The translations under genes were made by a program, and so were the position numbers. A stretch of DNA of 20,241 nt, from assembly GCA_043778225.1 (NCBI GenBank), contig JAYWGM010000060.1:1-20241 (forward strand), in the 5' to 3' direction. Of the stretch, positions 15,977-20,241 are shown piece after piece. Origin of the DNA: Deinococcales bacterium. GTDB taxonomy: Bacteria > Deinococcota > Deinococci > Deinococcales > JAAFIG01. The first letter of the stretch is position 1. Each line of letters begins with the position of its first letter. The notes under the pieces are model-generated. The model saw only the letters and a list, made by a program, of their open reading frames with translations, had not been told where the DNA came from and searched no databases.

Positions 15977-18900
15977 GTGAATTCCGTTGCGCCCACTGAA
16001 ACGCAAACAGAATTAGAATTTCGCTTCTTTGGTGAACCCGAATTTTTTCTAGACAAACAAGAATTGCACCTGCCGATTCGTAAACTGATGGCTTTAATGG
16101 CGTATTTAGCTGTGGAAGGTTCTGGCTCGAGGTCAAAATTAGCCGGTTTACTCTGGTCGGAACTGGACGAAACCAGTGCCAGACGAAATTTACGCCAGCG
16201 CTTGTACCGCCTCAGCCCACCTGAATTAACGGCGTGCTTGCAAATCGAGAGCGATAAAATTTCTTTGGGTGTCGTCTCGAGCGATGTCCAAGATTTTACC
16301 AAAGCCATACAGCACAACAATTTTTTGACAGCCGTCAGACTCTACAAAGGTGTCTTTTTAGAAGGGCTTGAACTCGAGGATGCCAGTGCTTTTCACGATT
16401 GGTTGGATACCAAGCGCAACACTTTCGCACGGCAGTACCAACACGCCCTCGCCGAACTAGCCAACCAACTCGAGGCAGACGGACATTTTCTCGAGGCACT
16501 GCAACAGCATTTGTTGCTGATTGCCATCAACCCACTGCTTGAACTGCACCAGCGCCAGATTATGCGGCTGCATTTGCAACTGCGCCAACCCGCCGAAGGG
16601 TTGGCGGTCTTTGAGCGCTTTAGGGATTTACTGGGACTAGAACTTGGGCTAGAACCCACCCCAGAAACGCTGCTGCTTGCCAGCCAAATGCGCCAACAAG
16701 AAACGCAACTCGAGTCGGTGGTGGTGCAAAAAAGCATTCGTGGCTTTGTCTCGCGCACCCCAATGATTGGACGGGCTGGCATTTGGCAGCAATTAGAAAA
16801 GGCTTGGCAAGCTGGGCAAATGGTTTTTATCGGCGGCGAACCTGGCATGGGCAAAAGCCGTTTACTCGAGGAATTTGCGACCACCAGACCAACCCTAACT
16901 ACACTAGGGCGAATCGGCGACAGCAGCCTACCGTTTGCCACCCAAACCCGAGCGATTCGCGGTTTACTCGAATTAAACCCGCAACTAAGCCCGCCGGCTT
17001 GGATTCGTCAAGAACTCTCGAGGCTGATACCAGCCCTGCACGATACCGCACCTGAAGACCGTCCAGAATCGCGTTTACGATTATTTGATGCCTTTACCGA
17101 ACTGCTCTGGATGACCACCCAGAGTATTGACACGCATTTAATTGACGACCTCCAATTTTTTGATTCCGATAGTTTTGAAATGCTGCTGCACAGTTTCTCG
17201 AGGTTTCTCGAGCGCCCCAACCAAAAACGCCAAATTCTGGCTTTTCGGCATGGCGAATTAAGCCCAGCCATGCAGCACAGCCTTGACCAGATGATTCAAA
17301 GCGGCACCGCCACACTGTTGCAACTCGAGCCGCTCGATAACTTAGCTGTTCAGCACTTGGTGCAGCACTTATTCGGGGCAAATGTTGATTTATCTAATAA
17401 ATTGTACCGTGCCACGGGCGGCAATCCGTTCTTTGCGCTCGAGACCCTAAAAACACTGGTTGAATCGGATGCGCTGCAACAAAATACAGTCGGAAGGTGG
17501 GATGCCACCAATGCCGACCTCCCGATGCCGCACAGTGTCATGGCAGTGGTACGCGAACGGGTGGCGCGGCTTGGTTCAGAAGCCACACGCTTGCTCGAGA
17601 CCGCCAGTTTAGCGGGCGATACCTTTGCGCTCGAGGATATTCAAAACGCCACCACCCTGACCGAATTTCAAGCGCTAGAAGCCTTTGAAAAAGCCTTGGC
17701 ATTGCAACTGCTCGAGCAGCAAGCAGGTGGCTACCGATTTAGTCATGATTTGGTGCGAGAATCCATTGCTTCTGGACTTGGCACAGAACGACGGCGCTTA
17801 CTGCATAAAAAACTCGCGGTGAATCTCGAGCAGCGCGGTGGGGCAGCTACGCGCATCGCATGGCATCTCGAGCAGTCTGGGCAAGCTGTTCAAGCGGTGG
17901 GTTGGCGTATCAAAGCCGCCGAAGAAGCGGGGCGAGTCTACGCGCATCAAGAAGCGATCAATCATTACAAGATGGCTTTACAAGATGGAGCAGATGCTGC
18001 CCAAGCCTTTAAGATTCATCTTGTCTGCCTTGATTTATTTGGTTATTTGCACAATGCACAAGGTGAAATGGCAACCCTAAGCAACTTAGAAACGCTGGCT
18101 CTGGCTGACCCGCAACTGAGCGCAATCGTTGCCACAAAACAAGCCGATGTTGCTTATAAAACGGGTCGTTATCTGGATTGCCTCAAAGCTGGGCAGCGCG
18201 TGTTGGACACCAAAAATGTTAGTCTTAGCCTACAACTCGAAGGGCAGTACCACCGTGGTATGGCACTCGAGAAACTTGGACGAAGCCAAGAAGCCCAAGT
18301 TGTCTATCTGTTAGCCTTTGAACAATTAGTGTCTATGCCCGCAAAAAAGCAAATTGGTCTTTGTGTGCAACTCTGTTATTTATCGGTACAAAACAGCGAT
18401 TTTGTGGCAGCCGCCAACTTCCTAAAAAGTGCTTTTGAACTTTGCGAAACCCAGAACAGTCTACGGGGACGATCCCTTTGCTACAATGCCAGTGCGCGGC
18501 TGGCATTATCTCAAGGAAAGCGCCCAGAAGCCATCAAGGAACTTGAACTCGCCCTCAAAGACGCTCGAGCGATTTTTGATAGACGCTTACAGGAGAGTTT
18601 TTTATTCAACTGTATTCGTATTCATGTCGAAGCAGGCGAACTTGACATTGCCCAAAATAAACTCGAGGAAGTGATTAATTTACTACCAGAACCCTACGAA
18701 CCTCTGGCTGAAAGTAATTTACTGACCCGACTCGCCGAAATTCAAATGCTCAGAGGCAACCTTGCTGCCAGCCTCGAGTCTTATCGTAAAGCAGTACAAA
18801 TTGGAGCTTTGCTTGGTCAGTCACAAAATCATGTTTGGCAAGTGGTTGGTTTGTCGCGTTTACATTCACAAATTGGCGATTTGGCTGGCGCTCGCAGCGT

Positions 18901-19456
18901 TATGGAACAATTGCTTAAAGCCGCCAAAGAAGGTACTTACAACGACCATATTCTGGTACAAGCCCAACTGGCTGGCTGCGAATACGCCGAAGGTCAACTC
19001 GAGACGGCTAGGCAGCGCCTGACCCAGATTTTACAAACCAAACAAACCGATTACCGCGAAAACCGACACCATGCCATGTATCAACTTGGGATGGTCGAAT
19101 TGGCACGTCATCAGCCACAAAAAGCCTTAGCTGCCATTGCCCAAATAGACCATTCCAGCACAATCTTTGCTTGTGCCATGAGTATTCGCTTAAAGGCAAA
19201 CAGCGCCCTTGGCAACAAATTAGACAGCCAAGCCGCCGAAGCACTCTTAGCCAACACCAGCCTACCACCCTTGCAAAAACTCGAGTTATATGTTTCGTTG
19301 GCTAGGACATTAGCTAAAACCAGTGATTCCAAAGAAGCGGCTGTGTTTCAAGAACTTGCGAGTACGCAACGACTCGAGTTAGCAAGCAGTTTAATTTCGT
19401 ATCCAGATTTGCAAAGAACTTTCCTCGAGAAGCACAGTAACCCGCAACTCGAGTGA
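15977..19456 (+). CDS. AfsR-like SARP-family transcriptional regulator (wHTH + BTAD + AAA/STAND ATPase + TPR)
   Basis: KLMALMAYLAV..SRSKLAGLLW..ARRNLRQ wHTH; BTAD (LYKGVFLEGL..WL..R, LGLEPTPET); Walker A GEPGMGKS; IDDLQ; TGGNPFF; TPR-like tail. The ORF is open from GTG 15914, but GTG 15977 is preferred (TGt-CATGAT 6 nt upstream). The start is uncertain. Confidence 0.9.
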   Translation: MNSVAPTETQTELEFRFFGEPEFFLDKQELHLPIRKLMALMAYLAVEGSGSRSKLAGLLWSELDETSARRNLRQRLYRLSPPELTACLQIESDKISLGVVSSDVQDFTKAIQHNNFLTAVRLYKGVFLEGLELEDASAFHDWLDTKRNTFARQYQHALAELANQLEADGHFLEALQQHLLLIAINPLLELHQRQIMRLHLQLRQPAEGLAVFERFRDLLGLELGLEPTPETLLLASQMRQQETQLESVVVQKSIRGFVSRTPMIGRAGIWQQLEKAWQAGQMVFIGGEPGMGKSRLLEEFATTRPTLTTLGRIGDSSLPFATQTRAIRGLLELNPQLSPPAWIRQELSRLIPALHDTAPEDRPESRLRLFDAFTELLWMTTQSIDTHLIDDLQFFDSDSFEMLLHSFSRFLERPNQKRQILAFRHGELSPAMQHSLDQMIQSGTATLLQLEPLDNLAVQHLVQHLFGANVDLSNKLYRATGGNPFFALETLKTLVESDALQQNTVGRWDATNADLPMPHSVMAVVRERVARLGSEATRLLETASLAGDTFALEDIQNATTLTEFQALEAFEKALALQLLEQQAGGYRFSHDLVRESIASGLGTERRRLLHKKLAVNLEQRGGAATRIAWHLEQSGQAVQAVGWRIKAAEEAGRVYAHQEAINHYKMALQDGADAAQAFKIHLVCLDLFGYLHNAQGEMATLSNLETLALADPQLSAIVATKQADVAYKTGRYLDCLKAGQRVLDTKNVSLSLQLEGQYHRGMALEKLGRSQEAQVVYLLAFEQLVSMPAKKQIGLCVQLCYLSVQNSDFVAAANFLKSAFELCETQNSLRGRSLCYNASARLALSQGKRPEAIKELELALKDARAIFDRRLQESFLFNCIRIHVEAGELDIAQNKLEEVINLLPEPYEPLAESNLLTRLAEIQMLRGNLAASLESYRKAVQIGALLGQSQNHVWQVVGLSRLHSQIGDLAGARSVMEQLLKAAKEGTYNDHILVQAQLAGCEYAEGQLETARQRLTQILQTKQTDYRENRHHAMYQLGMVELARHQPQKALAAIAQIDHSSTIFACAMSIRLKANSALGNKLDSQAAEALLANTSLPPLQKLELYVSLARTLAKTSDSKEAAVFQELASTQRLELASSLISYPDLQRTFLEKHSNPQLE

Positions 19457-19478
19457 GTACAGTAACCCGCAACTCGAG
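19424..19478 (+). repeat. Tandem duplication delimited by three CTCGAG sites
   Basis: acagtaacccgcaactcgag is present at 19434-19453 and 19459-19478. Confidence 0.9.
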
Positions 19479-19635
19479 AATCCGTGCTTCCTCTATCTAA
19501 AGTCGTAGTCGTGCCGTTCACATTTTTCACGGCTACCTCACGCGGCTGGTTTCTCTCATGATACCTTGACTCACGTTAAGCCACCCTCGGGCAGGCGATT
19601 ACAGCCACCCTCAAATACTCGAGGGAAATAAAAGG

Positions 19636-20136
19636 ATGGATATTATGTTGAAAAAATTACTGCCGATTGCCACCGCTATTGCCCTGACCGCCGCTTTTAC
19701 CGTGCCAATGGCACAAACCAAAGCCACCCGTATTGGTTTTGTTAATGCCCAAGTTGTTTTACAAAATCACCCACAAGGCGCTAAAGTTCTCGAGGCTCAG
19801 AAAAAAGCCCAAACCGAACTCAAAGAACTTTCGGATAAAATCCAAGTGCTGCAGACCAAAATTACCAATGGCACAGCTACGGCTGCCGAGAAACAACAGT
19901 ATGAAACCTTGGTAAAAACCGGTCAGGCACGTTCAGCCCAACTCAAAACCCAAATTGATAAGCTGCTCGAGCCAATCACCAAACAAGTGGATACAGCCGT
20001 TGCTAAAGTTGCTAAAGCTCAGGGTTTTGTGCTGGTCATGGATAAAGCCATTGCTGCTCAGTCTGGTTTGGTGATTTATGCTGACCCAGAAGGCACAGAC
20101 CTTTCGGACGAAGTAATTAAAGAAGTTAAAAAGTAA
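19636..20136 (+). CDS. skp: OmpH/Skp periplasmic outer-membrane chaperone
   Basis: Signal peptide, RIGFVN, long coiled coil, VAKAQGFVLVMDK and IYADP..DLSDEVIK. The alternative start ATG 19645 has better AAGGA spacing. Confidence 0.88.
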   Translation: MDIMLKKLLPIATAIALTAAFTVPMAQTKATRIGFVNAQVVLQNHPQGAKVLEAQKKAQTELKELSDKIQVLQTKITNGTATAAEKQQYETLVKTGQARSAQLKTQIDKLLEPITKQVDTAVAKVAKAQGFVLVMDKAIAAQSGLVIYADPEGTDLSDEVIKEVKK

Positions 20137-20187
20137 GTAAATGATACCAAGTTATGTTAATCAGTTGTGTATTTTGACTGATTAACC

Positions 20188-20231
20188 GACTAAGCGACCC
20201 TGCCCGTGAGGTGCGTGTTTAGGGTCAAGAA
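20188..20231 (+). repeat. Copy B of the ~45-nt intergenic structured repeat
   Basis: gactaagcgaccctgcccgtgaggtgcgtgtttagggtcaagaa with outer stem GACCCT/AGGGTC; followed directly by a probable RBS (AAGGAG) for a gene beyond the window. Confidence 0.7.
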
Positions 20232-20241
20232 AAGGAGTGAT

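Larger units (their letters stand above)
60..19971. repeat. Dispersed highly iterated palindrome CTCGAG
   Basis: About 132 exact copies by manual count, first at 60 and last at 19966. Confidence 0.97.

Noticed and set aside
125..19915. Numerous short alternative-frame and antisense ORFs in the track (e.g. 514-930, 2357-2782, 7572-8015, 14931-15440, 16393-16941)
   Set aside because: They lie within well-supported genes and show no recognisable motifs or initiation signals, so they are treated as shadow ORFs.
60..19971. CTCGAG abundance as a cloning or assembly artefact (XhoI concatemers or linkers)
   Set aside because: The sites sit seamlessly inside intact conserved ORFs in all frames with variable flanks; ligated fragments would break the genes.
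20156..20186. Intrinsic terminator after skp
   Set aside because: The stem is AT-rich with no following U-tract, and an RBS at the window end suggests the operon continues.
20188..20231. Pistol or twister ribozyme (TAAGCG, AGGTGC, TTAGGG and CCTAAGCCC words in the repeat copies)
   Set aside because: The required element order and pseudoknot pairings are not present in both copies.
1..20241. tRNA/rRNA genes or a methyltransferase/restriction gene explaining CTCGAG
   Set aside because: No cloverleaf or rRNA-like segments fit the short intergenic spaces, and no protein shows DNA methyltransferase motifs.

Overview
This is a chromosomal window, probably from a moderately low-GC member of Deinococcota. 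That assignment is inferred from gene content, the MurQ/PrcB/OmpH styles and pervasive leaderless genes. About 23 CDSs are present. Housekeeping and metabolic genes include a YtnP-like MBL hydrolase, a Gfo/Idh/MocA oxidoreductase, an SDR, a KirBac channel, tatD, murQ, a GNAT and skp/ompH. An AbrB-like/RelE-like toxin-antitoxin-type pair is also present. An accessory block has an AfsR-like SARP/STAND regulator divergent from an FG-GAP beta-propeller lipoprotein, an unannotated 40-aa RiPP-leader-like peptide, a small membrane protein, an FAD monooxygenase and a single-domain globin. The dominant unexplained signal is the palindrome CTCGAG. I counted about 132 copies by hand (about 1 per 150 bp, versus about 5 expected), in all reading frames and in intergenic DNA. 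It coincides with non-consensus residues and brackets a tandem duplication, so it behaves like a HIP1-type highly iterated palindrome. Other signals are an AfsR-type direct-repeat promoter, a bidirectional leaderless promoter, an ATA start codon, a probable pseudoenzyme and a repeated ~45-nt structured intergenic element.
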